A stretch of 64,000 bases of DNA from Octopus bimaculoides (lineage: Eukaryota), in the NCBI RefSeq assembly GCF_001194135.2, contig NC_068994.1:19437162-19501161 (forward strand), written 5' to 3'. A model generated the notes under the pieces. That model was not told where the DNA came from, searched no databases, and saw nothing but the letters and a program-made list of their open reading frames with translations. A program made the translations under genes and the position numbers. Shown here piece by piece: positions 12,481 through 25,128 of the stretch. The first letter of the stretch is position 1. Each line of letters starts with the position of its first letter.

Positions 12481-13552
12481 TCATTTGATCTGCAGTTACT
12501 TCTCCAGAAAATCATATTCTAAAAATATTAAAGAAAGAAAAGACCCACTGGATAATAAACTCCTAGAAACACTACATTAAAAAAAAAGTCAGGATGATTA
12601 TGGCTGGAATATTGTTGTATGTCTATTGATCATAGTTTCTCTGGAGGCAAAACAACAACAACAACATAGTATGGGATCTTTGCTACATTATAAGCTGACA
12701 GACTATCACATGAAACAGCAGTTTAGACCTGCAAAGTACAGTATGAGCAAAATCTTGCTGGTCTAATTCCAGCCTTTCATAATCTAAGGGCGTCTATATA
12801 AGACTGGCAACTCTAGCAAAAGCCAGACACATATGATTAGCAAACTTTAGAAGGAGGTGAAGAAGAAATATAAAGACAAGGAAGAGTAAGATCAGAGTGT
12901 TGGACACTGATGAAAAAAAATAAAACTCACTCCATTCAAACTAAAATCACTAAAACATCTAACATACCCTATATTTATACTTAGAAGAAAGACTTCGAAA
13001 ATGACTGTTATTAAATTACATCTACTATCATCTTCCACAAATTTCAGCAGTTATAATGATAAACTTAGTGAAAGATAATATATTTACATAAAACTCTTCT
13101 AGTTTATCAGGAAGTGGGGGAGGAGATATCCAGCATGGAGACCAAAAAGTCTAAGTAAATATATATAAAAAAAAAAGGTACGATGAATGAGATCTTATCT
13201 ATTTGTACATCAGAGTATATATACAAACTTTCAAGAAGATGTGTCTCCTTACAAAGATATTTCCCTTGACACCATAAGAGCTGAGTGGTGGTGGTGAAAT
13301 ACCTTTGTCTGTATGTATGTCTTTGCCCATCCTGCATTGTACCAAAAGACAGCAGGATAGTGTGAGTGAGCAAGGAAGTTTATAGATCTTTTATTTGATT
13401 CAAGTAAAAATGAAAATATTTATCTAAAAGTGATTTAGATAGGCACAAACTCTAAGGGCAAGGTAATGTCAACTGAATAAGCATAGTATATGACTGGTAC
13501 TTATTCCATCAAGGCTTGGACAAAAAGATACAATTAAAAACATACAAAATAT

Positions 13553-13772
13553 TTAACCCATTAATATTTAAACCAGCCAAATCCAACCCAAATATTCTAC
13601 CTATTTTGTGTTCAATTGGCCAGATCTGGCCCTACACACTTACTCTACAATGTCATTCTAAAAATAAACAGTCACATCAGCAAAATCTACAAAACAATGC
13701 ATGATCAATTCAAAAGAATGTGAATAAATAAGCATTACATTATACAGAATAATCTGAATACTAAAGGGTTGA
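13553..13772 (+). mobile_element. piggyBac-like MITE family 1
   Basis: TTAA|CCCAT… at the left end and …AAAGGG|TTGA at the right end; shares its body with 19096-19303. Confidence 0.75.
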
Positions 13773-13804
13773 TCTTATATTCCAATACTTCTGTTGCTAT
13801 CAAT

Positions 13805-14200
13805 TCTAGGTTGTGTGGTTACAAAGTCTGCATTACAATCACATGGTTTCAGGTTCAATCCTACTGCATAGTACCTTAGGCAAGTGCCTTTTACAATAAC
13901 CTCAGGTTGGCCAATACCTTGAATGGAATTGGTGAATGGAAACTGGGAGGAAGCCCATCATGTATGTGTGTGTATGTGAATGTTGGTTCTACATATCTTC
14001 ATTATGTAGAAACAGTTCAGCAAAATGGTGACATCATTCACATTCGCCAGGAAACAAAATTCCTGAAATGTCAGCATCTTCATCAGTTCCAACAGATGAG
14101 GACAAGTGGAATGAAGGTGCCTTACTTGACAAAAATCTACATCAACAAGTTTCATCTAACTCATGTCAACATGGAAAAACAGATATAAAAACAAAAATGA
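13805..14200 (+). mobile_element. Diverged SINE (family A head with LINE-like ATG tail)
   Basis: Head ggttgtgtggtt…ggttcaatcc…ggcaagtgcc…gaaactg..ggaagccc; tail …catgtcaacatggaaaaacagatat…atgatg. Confidence 0.65.
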
Positions 14201-14674
14201 TGGCATTTTTAAAAGAATGTGTCTAAAGATTTAGTAACAGTTTTCATTTCCTATTTTCATTTCATTCACATCAAGAATATTTTCTAGGAATATTGAATTG
14301 AACCAGTACTTAAATGGTACCATATTTCATCAATCCTGGATGAGTGAAAGTCAAATTTGACCATAGCAGGATATCAATTCCAAACATAAATAACTAAATG
14401 CTGCAGGTATTTTGTCCAATGATCTTACAATTCTGCCAGTCCACTGCCAAAATATTTATAAGCCGAAAATTCAAACTCCCCTGATTAGCATTGGGAATAA
14501 CAAAAAACAAAAACAAAAAAAAAAAGAACAGGGGGGGTGAAGTACAAATATACATGATACCAGGATTAACTGAACTATTTCACAAACAAAATATAACATT
14601 GCTCAATACACAGTATGCATGAGACATCACACTGAAATAATATATTCACAAAGAATTATCTTTTATCTAATATA

Positions 14675-15060
14675 TTTTACTTGTTTCAGTCATTAGACTG
14701 CGGCCATGCTGGGGCACCACCTTGAAGAATCTTTTAGTTGAATGAATCGACCCTAGTATTTATTTTTGTTAAGACTGGTACTTATTCTATCAGTGTCTTT
14801 TGCCGAACTGCTAAGTTATGGGTACATAAATACACCAACACCAGTTTTGAAGCAGTAGTTGGGGCAAACACATAAAGACAAACACACACACACATATATG
14901 TATGACAAACTTCTTTCAGTTTCTGTCTAACAAATCTACTCACAAGGCTTTGGTCAGCCTGAGGCTATAGTAGAAGACACTTGCCCAAGGTGCCACACAA
15001 TGAGATTGAACCTGGAACCATGTAGTTGGGAAGCAAGCTTCTTACCACAGAGCCATGCCT
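14675..15060 (-). mobile_element. tRNA-derived SINE family A (near full length)
   Basis: Colinear with 43082-43517. Confidence 0.9.
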
Positions 15061-15406
15061 GAGTTTATATATACACATAACAATGACAGATAATAAAGTA
15101 TAGGTAAATGTGTACACATCTGAAAATTTCAAGAGATTTTCTTAAAATTATATTGATTGAATGGTGATGTGTGGGTTGACGGAAAGGACAGATAACCAGA
15201 CAGACAAGAATGGAGGGCCAGTAAGATATGAATCAATAGACAAACATAAAGACAGAAGAGCCAGTTAGACATAAATCAATGGACAAATATAAAAGATAGA
15301 GAAACAGATTAACAAACAGATAGCCAGGAGGTACCAGGTAGGCAGGATGATATACTGATAGCGGAAATAATAAATACAAACCTCAAAGAAACAGTTCCTA
15401 CTGATA

Positions 15407-15410
<4 letters not shown>

Positions 15411-15464
<54 letters not shown>

Positions 15465-15477
15465 AGAGAGAGAGAGA
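15411..15477. repeat. (AG)n microsatellite
   Basis: Long AG dinucleotide run with one short A interruption. Confidence 0.95.
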
Positions 15478-17106
15478 TACCTTTACTAAAATGATAAATC
15501 TGATGTGAGAGATGCCATTACAATTTACCTAGAAAATATCATCTGAAAAAAATCTGAAAAAATACACCAAAAATAGTCAAAGTCATTCCAGCTGTAACCA
15601 TAAGTCTTATTTTCAGAGGTATCAATTGTCCAATGTGTCCTGTTTTTTTATTTGTTCTTTATATTTGTTTTTTTTTTTGTTTTCTTTGTTTTTTTTTACA
15701 ATGATAGGGCAGGATTAGATGGAGATTTGGCTGCTTTTTCTAGCAAGTCAAGCAATTACATAGAGCAGTCACAGGCAGACTATGGCCAATGAAACTTTCT
15801 GAATGACATAGTAAATGAAAAATTGCCTTGAATATTTTTCTTAATGTGGCCTTCTTCTTGAAAAAAGGTTGTCCATGCCTGATGTAGACGCTTCCACACT
15901 GACACCTAAAATGAAATGTTTATCAAAAGGAAGATGCTAAATCCTCAACTCAATTTTGATTCCTACCTTTTACATCACTCATAGAATCGAGAATAACAAA
16001 AACATCAAAACATCAAAACTCCTTCTCTTTCCTTACTACCAAATATAGACTCTTGTAAAAAATCAGGTACCTCAAAACATCAGTATCCAAGAATCCCATG
16101 CACCAATGAGCAGAGTGTGTTGAACATGTCACTGTAAAAGTTTTTTTCCCTATGACATACACTACAATGGCCAGCATATTTTGCATCCAAACTTGCCTGA
16201 ATGTATTAAGAATAAATTGAATTTTGTACTTAGTCAAAAGAAATTATTTTTATAAGAAACGTAGCAGCAAGTTTGCAGTTACCTGAATCTGTGACTTATT
16301 TTTTTATTCCTATTCTGCTTTACTAATACCACACACATATGAACATCTCGTAATCTCATCCACAACTATATAAAAGACTAAGAATTCAAAGCCTAACAAC
16401 AATGCAGTATCTACTTTTCTGTATGTAACACATAAATCAAGTCTAGAGAAGATAAATCTGAAGAGGACAAATTTTTAAGAAGCAAAATATTTATTTTACA
16501 TTAAACTGAAATTATATAAGATAATTATTATAAAAAATAAAAATGATTGTATCCAATTTATCCTATCTAACTTCATCGCTGGAAAACATTGCAAATAAAA
16601 TAGTACATATTCAAAGCAAAAAAAAAAAAAAAAAAAAAAAATCAGAGAAATCAAATTTTATAACTATAGGGATAAATTTACCTGATGAATAATACTGATA
16701 TAAATTACCATTTTTTTTATCACCTTAGAGGGGGGTGTTATCAAACAAAATAATACTATATCGACAACCCCTCCTCCACACACATATACACACACACACA
16801 CAAAAAAACCCCTAAATTATATGATCAGGACAAAAATAGTATTCTAATTTCCTTGGTGTAATCAGAATTATACAATTATTGTTGTGGCTCCAAGAAAGAA
16901 AACTCATTTTATGGTTTGATATGAAAGAAATTTTGCAAAAAATTTAAGATTGGTTATAAGACATAAAAGATGTAATAAACCTTCTTAATTAGAAATATAT
17001 ATCATTGTGATCACACTACAACCACAATCATTTTTACAGAATAACATCAACTTAAGCATGGCTTATAAAGATTTGATATGAGTGAATCCATATGTGCATG
17101 TGTATA

Positions 17107-18630
17107 CAGGATGCGGTGAGTAAATTGTCTAAATTACGGAAAAATGAAAATAACACTGACATCTCATTTTAACAGATATATTTACCAAAATTACATAAAA
17201 CTATCTTGAAATACTAAAGAGTAAATTTATTCAATAAAATCGCCACTGGTTTCAACCACAGCCTCCAGATGACTTTGGAATCTCCTGCAACTCTTCTGAA
17301 CGGTCTCCTTGCTTTTAAGTTGGTAAATGTTGCTATAATCCTTGCCTTCGGTTCATCTTTGGTGTTACAAGTTTTGTTGGCCTCTCGCTCAACTGCACCC
17401 AACACATAATAATCAAGGGGCTTGCAGTCTGGAGAGTTAGGTGGCCAGATGTTAGGGGTGATGTGGTTGCAGAAATTATATGACAGCCATGACTGGATTC
17501 TCCTGCTTGTATGGCATGGTGCAGAGTCCTGTTGTCAGACATAGGGTCTTCCAGCAGCCATCCTTTTGGGCCAGAGCAACACTACCTCCTCCAAGCACTT
17601 TATGTAGGCCTCCATGTTGAAGAATGTGGGAAGATGAACAGAGGTATAACATCACCATCACTAGTGATCACTCCAAATACCATGATATTGAGTGGATGTT
17701 TGATTTTTATCACTCTTGGTACATGATTTGGGGACACAGCAAGCCAACGGTTGTTCTGTATGTTCACCATCTGATCCTGGCAGAATTTTTTCTCATCTGC
17801 GAAAAACCAAAGCATGTTCAATTGGAGGGGATGCTTGAGTTTGTTCAGAAGCTTCATAGTGCTGTCTTTCCTCTTGTCATTGATGGCTTGGGATAAAAAT
17901 TGGCCCTTTCTCATCTTGCATGAGGAATACCAAATGTCTTAATGCACTACCTGCCTGATAAGAAACTCAGACACTCCCATGTCTGTGGCAATGGACCTGA
18001 TCGACATGGAGGGATCACTGTCAATCATGGCCTGGATCTCACCAACAAATTCAGGAGTTCTTTTCTTATCAGAATGATCAGAGTGAGAAGGCGGCAAACT
18101 GCCAGAAATGTTAGCATGCTGGGCGAAATGCTTAGCGATATTTCGTCTGTCTTTGTGTTCTGAGTTCAAATTCCACCAAGGTTGACTTTGCCTTTCATCC
18201 TTTCGGGGTCAATAAATTAAGTACCAGTTGTGTACTGGGGTTGATCTAATCGACTGCCCCTCCCCCCAAAAAAAAAAAATTTCAGGCCTTGTGCCTAGAG
18301 TAGAAAAGAATGATCAAAGTGAGTTTTCCAAGCTGCCGTACCTTCGCAATCACCATTAGACTCGTCCAACTCTTTCCCAGTCCTCTGCACTGTCCTCAGA
18401 TTGACACCCAAACACTCTGAAATGTTTGTATTGGAGCTTCTGGTGCGAATGCCAAGCAGTACAGCATGTCATTTCCAAAATTCTGGCAGAGTGAATTGCA
18501 TCATGGTGCTGTTTTCTTAACAGATGGTGGCCAACTGGCTCTACTATACTGTGTAGTCGACAAAATTAAAAACAGGCAATGCACATACACAAAATTACAA
18601 ATATAAAATGGCGACAAGTTACCCACCCTG
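17107..18630 (-). mobile_element. Tc1/mariner DD37D (maT-type) transposon, near full length, transposase inactivated
   Basis: TA|CAGGATG…GTAAATTGTC and GACAAGTTACCCACCCTG|TA ends. Minus translation FFADEKKFCQDQ…VMVFG-like IMVFGVITSDGD…RPYV*QQDSAPCHTS…WPPNSPDCKPLDYY, with 37 residues between the 2nd and 3rd Asp (counted). Confidence 0.92.
18088..18306 (+). mobile_element. SINE family B nested in the DD37D transposase, with 17-bp target-site duplication
   Basis: agaatgatcagagtgag (18071-18087) versus agaatgatcaaagtgag (18307-18323); box B gagttcaaattcc. Confidence 0.9.
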
Positions 18631-19095
18631 TATGTGTGTCTGTGCATGTGTTTGCCTGTGTATATCTGTGTGTGAATAGGAAGTAAAAAGTTAAGCACAC
18701 ATGAATACCAGCTACACAGCAATTCACTTTCACAAAACTATATTCCCCAGATAGAAAAATATAGAAAAGCAATAAAATAAACCTTTTAAATCATAATTTC
18801 ATAAAACTTAAGTACATTTTCAAAAATTGAAAGTTCTAGCAAATGCTAAACCAATTAATTTCTACATTCATTAATAAATTTAAAGACAGACAAATTCAAT
18901 TATTATACTGTACTTAAACCCAGAGAGTATATCAGAAATGTAAGTAGCAACATGTAGACTTAAGGAGTTAAGTAACATGTAGACTCATAGGGAGTTACAT
19001 AATATACAAAAGAAGCACCTAATAGAATTTACCCTTAAGTATAATGAGATCAACCCCCAGCAAACTCAAGTCAATCTTTAAGTTCATCACCTACT

Positions 19096-19303
19096 TTAAC
19101 CCTTTAGCATTTAAATAGGCCTATCATGCCCAAATATTCTACCTGTTCTATGTTCAAATTGACCAGACCTGGCCCCTCACACCAACCCTACAATATAATT
19201 CTAAAATTAATAGTTACTTCAAAATTTCAAAGCTACAAGATTAATTCAAAACACGTGAATAAACATTACAATTGACAGAGTAATCTGAATGCTAAATGAT
19301 TAA
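19096..19303 (+). mobile_element. piggyBac-like MITE family 1
   Basis: TTAA|CCCTTTAGCATT … AATGCTAAATGA|TTAA (right end decayed). Confidence 0.75.
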
Positions 19304-21249
19304 ATTCCCATCCATAACCATTTCATTTTACTCATTTTTGCTAACACTTATGAGAAAGGCATGAACATCACACACATACAATGTCATTACTCATTCCCAA
19401 TATCTTTGAGATGTGCATGTGTAAGAAATTAAATAGTGTTGATTAAAATTCAACAAAACTGGCTGCTAAAAGAACACAGGAAATTGAAGTAATTGATGAT
19501 GATGATCTAGCTTGTGGTAATGAAAGTGATGACAGCATTAGTGATTATGCTCATGATGGTGGAAACAAAGATGATGATGATTTACAAACCGACAGCAAAA
19601 CATAATCCTCAATGGAAGTGATTTTCAAGAACAAAAGTTAATTGTTTGTGAGAAAAGATCAAGAGTGGAGTCAGCTTTGATTCATAGATAACATATTCTG
19701 AATAGTTATTCCTTTCCTTAGAATAAAGCATTGTATGGCGATTAGACATCATTCAGTAATTAATGGAACTGAAATATCTCTAATTTACCCTATTCATAAA
19801 ACAGAAAATTTTATTCACATCAATTAATATTTATTACTGGAGTGAATATCACAGAATAGAAAGGGGCATACTTCCAGCTCAATAATTCCATAATTCATTT
19901 TTTTATTTTAAATCCCATCTGTATATTACCTTAGATTGCATACTAGATTAGAATGTATAAAAGAAGAACAGAAAACTGTGGAGTTACTCAGTGGTGTCCT
20001 AAAGAGAAAACCTTTTCTTCAGATGTATCTGGATACCTAGACCTTATAAAATAGCTATTTGTTTTTTTTTTTATTCTAACAAGCAGTTTTGTGTTGAAAA
20101 TCTTTTAAGATATGCATGCTCTATATTTGAAACTGAGGTTTAATAAAGAGTTGAAAAGATATGAAAACTGGTTTATAGTTTATCTATATTTACTATATTA
20201 TTGTTCTTTATTTATATTTTTAATATCCTGAATCAGTTTTTTTTTTTTTTTACTTGCACGTATAGAAAGATTTTGAAAGAGATTTATTTGTTTATTTTTA
20301 TATTCGTGGCAGCATTTCATGTCTATGTTGTAAATGAGTTTTATATNNNNNNNNNNNNNNNNNNNNNNNNNNNNNNNNNNNNNNNNNNNNNNNNNNNNNN
20401 NNNNNNNNNNNNNNNNNTATATATATATATAAAAGAACATATAATCTTATATTTCTCTCTCTCCCTCTCACACACACACACACACACACAAATATATATA
20501 TATATATACACACATTGTTTTTTTAACTCTTTTCTTCTTGTTTTTCATTATGTAATTTCATCTGAGATACATCTTCAGACATTACACAGAACTTTCTATA
20601 ACCAAAAAGAAGGGAAAGGGAAACTAAAAGACTTATTAAATGCAATACTTGCTGCTATTGTATGACATACTATAAAAGTACCTAGCAACATTCAGCTATT
20701 GGTAAAGTGGAAATATCACAACAAACCAAGTCCATGAACCAGTTTCAATTCCTTAATATTACTAGTTATCATTACTCTGTCTCAAGTATCCAAGAGAAAT
20801 ATATGAATATAATCTCATGTCCTCCTCCAGTAAATTTCATGTAAAAGAAATTAATATTTCTTTCCACTGTTACACACTACAAAAATATTGTTGTTTTATA
20901 ATCCTTTTCTACTATACAAGCTTGCTTGAAGGGAATAAAAAGGGATACAGGTTGTTATGGGTATTTGCATATGAAGTGTTAAAGGAAATGCTTTACAGCT
21001 GGGTACACTTCCAAATGATGTTGATTATTCAACTATGAAATGGGAGTGGCCCCTATTTATAAATCAGGTTGAGTAAATAAGTCTTGCCAGGGCACATAGA
21101 AGAAGAGCAGCAGACTGCTTTGAATGTTCACTTCATGAAGCTGTATGCCAGTCAGTTACCCATTGTACGCCCATACAGCATATGTATGTGTATATACACA
21201 CACACACACACACACACACATGAATATAGTGGATGACTCAGCTACACTT

Positions 21250-24190
21250 AAACCATTTCACTGCTAAACTTTTGTGACAATAGATATCTATGTTGGCAAA
21301 ATGGCTGCCAAAGATAGCAATCGATATTCTGATTCCTGTGATGCCAGTCATCTTCCCGAGTCTACTCGAAAGCAGGCAAAATCTGCTATAGAGGCAACAA
21401 GAATATAAACAAATCAATACCACCAGTGCCACCATCATACAACTCAGTCAGATCAGCATCTCTACACACTGACCCAACAGATACAATTGTAAAATATACA
21501 CAGCTAAAAAGCATTTTACAACCACAGTTTGAAACAATTTTTCCACCTGTTCTAACCTTACCATTAAGTAACAGATCTTTTTGATGAGAGTGGAGGAAAG
21601 ATCAATTCCTCTCATAGCAAAACTTATTGGTGATATTGCTGGGACTAGATTTAAAAAATGAGAAACACATATTGGAACACCACTTCCTTCTTGGATTTTT
21701 ATTACAGGTATTCTGAAAGAACACCTGAGGGATATTTGTAGAGCACATGGCAATAAAACAATGCAGTAGAATATGACAATACCATTATGAAGTGCAAGGC
21801 AAATGATAAGTATACAACATGTCAGCAATACCTATGGAGAAAATTAATAGAAATGGACAGATTCTACTCTAAATCTTGAGGGAAGATTAATAACCTTAAA
21901 ACATGAACTGAAGACCTAGAGTAAAAAGTATTACATGCTAGTAAAAACCACAGGCTTGCTTATATCCAACAAGCTATATACAGAGAAATGATGAAGATAA
22001 ACCATTGTCATAAAAATGTCTCTATCCCAGGAAAATCTAAAATAATTCTGGAATGAAAAGAAAGACTTTAATCAGAATGCCACATGATCAAACACACTAG
22101 CTTGAGAATAATGTACTAACATGAGCAGTGAAACATATGTAATCAAAATTGAAACTTTCACCAATGCTGTGGGAAATGTACATAATAGGGAAATACTAGG
22201 AAGAGAGTTTGTAGTTGACTACTGGTACAAGGCTTTGACTTTTTATAGACAATCATGTATACAAATATTTCAAAACTACGGAAGGCCAGATTGATATACC
22301 AAACTAGCTTACAATAGAATGAGCAAATCTTGTGGCCAATAATGAAAACATTATTTTGGTAGAGAACTACAGGCCCATAGCCTGCCTTAACATTATGTAC
22401 AAACTGTACATAAGCTGCCAGAACCAATTCCTCTAAAACTATTGAGAGTCTAAAGATATAGTCAAGCAGACAGGTAAAAAGAAAGAAGTATGGGAATGTA
22501 TTGAATAACTTTTGGTAAATAAAGGTGAATTATTTGAAGTAAGGAAACCTTGTGACAGTATGGCTTGATCACAGAAAGGCATTTGATGTATGCGGTGGCT
22601 ATATAAGCAATGTGTTTGGAGGCAAAAGTGTGTAAGAAGAGTGCTGAAGAAGAGGCAACAACCCCCAAAATATGGCATATACACTCATTACCCACTTTTG
22701 TCTTTGATCACATTGTCCATTTACACCTGACATCTCAATACGAAACATTGTAGCAAAAATCAGTGCTAGCTATAAAGTCTCTAGAATATCTATAGAAATA
22801 ACCTTAACAAAATAATGTAAGAGCACTGCTGACGCAACAGAATGTGGTACTGATTTCTGAAAACATTTAGTATACCTTATAGTATATTGTGTTTGCATAC
22901 ATACACATCTTTAATATCATACAACGGTATCATGAAAAAACGAATAAACAAATATTATACCAGACTAAAAACGTCACGGCAATGAATCTGCAGTAATCAT
23001 ACTGAAACCAACAATTGGGATACTTGATTGGTCTATAGAGGAAATCCGCTACATAGACATTGAAACTTATGAGCACCTGACATCAACTACAAATTTCCAC
23101 AGAAACAATGATACTGTCAGACTAGCTCGGAAGGAAGAGGTTTAAGAGCAGTATAGACAGCCTTCTAGTGTTGTATAATATCAAACAGCAGCTGCTACAT
23201 AATGGCAGCAAAAATAAATACATGAGCCAAGTGCTGAAAAATTAAGTGAATAACATCCAGTAGGTCAGTAGTAAACTTGTCAAGAAAAACTCACTTAGTG
23301 ACAATCTTCTATAGGAACCAGAGGTGCAGGACTAGAATATTCCAGCAGAGACCTGGAAGAGAAACACTTTGGTATGTTTCCAGTAAACTTGAAGAGAATG
23401 GTCATATCAACATGAAGTGAAACCTCTCTTAGACTCATGATTGTTACATCATACATTTTGCAATCCAAGAGTAGGAGATAACTACAAAATATCTCATGAA
23501 CAAATTAGATAGTGAGGCCCTTAAACTCCTATGATGCAACCACAAATGTTGATTTTCATTCTTCTGCAGATGACATAATATGATGTAATCAGCAGTTGCT
23601 CCAAAATAATCAATGTGGTACTACCTCTCACTGCAACATGATACTGTTGTTAAACCAATATACAATGCCATCCACAGAAAAGATTGTCCTGGGATAAATA
23701 TAAATGATGCCTTTACTATTGAATACATACATGTATATCAACACAAGAAATATTAACGGAAAGTATCACTAGCTTTGAACTAGCTAACAGGCAGCAAGCA
23801 CAGTTATGACGTACTTGGAGAAACGGAGGTATCCTGGATGCACCAGATGAAATTAAGAGTTAGAAATGTAGTCTTTGTGAACGACATCCATCAAAAGCTG
23901 GCTACTTAAGCTACATCAGATCACAGTAATTTGTGAAATCAAGATGCATCCAACAATAATTTGTCCCCTTTTAATGGTTACAATATTTGTATATTGTGTG
24001 ATAAATCAAAGTAAATATGGTTTGAAAAGGCACATGAAAATGTATGATTACTAAACCGTAAGTAAGCTATATAAAACCCTGGAGAAGTTTTGAACCTTAT
24101 CTACTCGATACATTTGAAACCTTGAAAGCTAACTGTTCTGAGAGTTATCTCAGAGCGCACAAGCATAATGGACGTGAACATGAAAGTTAA
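21250..24190 (+). mobile_element. Degenerate non-LTR retrotransposon, R4/Dong-like (RT plus CCHC and restriction-like endonuclease region)
   Basis: ENYRPIACLNIMYKLY at 22362; WLDHRKAFD (~22560); RL.RK-EG-RGL-like motif (~23115); FAIQE*EITTKYL (~23455); decayed H-I-x-S-x-C…HDTV (~23580). Many stops and frameshifts; boundaries approximate. Confidence 0.72.
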
Positions 24191-24339
24191 GCAGTAACCA
24201 AAATCCGAGTTTAAATAAATATATGACTGAAATCTACACTACGTACTAAAACTATAACATTTGTATATACATACGTATGTGTGTCTGTCTGTGTGCACAC
24301 ACGTGCGTGTGTGTGTGTACGTGTATTTAGGGCGAGTAA

Positions 24340-24540
24340 AATTCCCGAGATCCATGAACGAGTTCTCTCCAGTGGTCTTTGTCCCTCATCATCACTGTCA
24401 TATCCTGTGTCTCCCAGAGACCAGTGTCTGGTCTTAGGGCATCAACATATGTCATCCTTGGCCTCCCTCTTCTAGTGTGTCCATGTAGGGGCTCCCACAG
24501 TAGCACTGAGAGCAGTATCAACTGAATGACAGTGAGCATG
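24340..24540 (-). mobile_element. RTE-type LINE 3' ORF fragment
   Basis: ORF track: LLWEPLHGHTRRGRPRMTYVDALRPDTG…MRDKDHWRELV, a typical RTE C-terminus. Confidence 0.8.
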
Positions 24541-24754
24541 TCCTGCTAACCTTAGTTTCCTTTGTGTTATTTTCGAGCTAACTATTGTGAGGCTCTCGTA
24601 CAGCTCTCAGTTTTTCATCCTCAGTGGATACTGATTAATGTATGTGTGTGTGTGTGTGTATAGGAAAGAGAAACAGAGAGACAGGCAAGCAGACAAACTG
24701 GGAATTTCCCAAGTATTTTAAGTGAAAAATGTATAATGTTTATTATAGTACATT

Positions 24755-25128
24755 CTTTTATTGGTTTCAGTCATTCAACTGCGGCCATGCTGGAGCATCG
24801 CCTTTTAGTTGAAGAAATTGACCCCTGGACTTATTCTTTGCAAGCCTGGTTTCTATCAGTCTCTTTTCCCAAACCACTAAGTTACAGGGATGTAAAAACA
24901 CCAACATCAGTTATCAAGCGATGGTGTGAGGACAAACACACACATACATATATACGTAGATATACAACAGGCTTCTTTTAGTTTCTGTCTACCAAATTCA
25001 CTCACAAGGCTTTGGTCGGCCTGAGGCTAGAGTAGATGACACTTGCTCAAGGTGCTACGTAGTGGGACTGAACCCAGAACTATGTGGTTGGGAAGCAAGC
25101 TTCATACCACACAGCCACTCCTGCACCT
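24755..25128 (-). mobile_element. tRNA-derived SINE family A (near full length)
   Basis: Colinear with 43082-43517. Confidence 0.9.
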
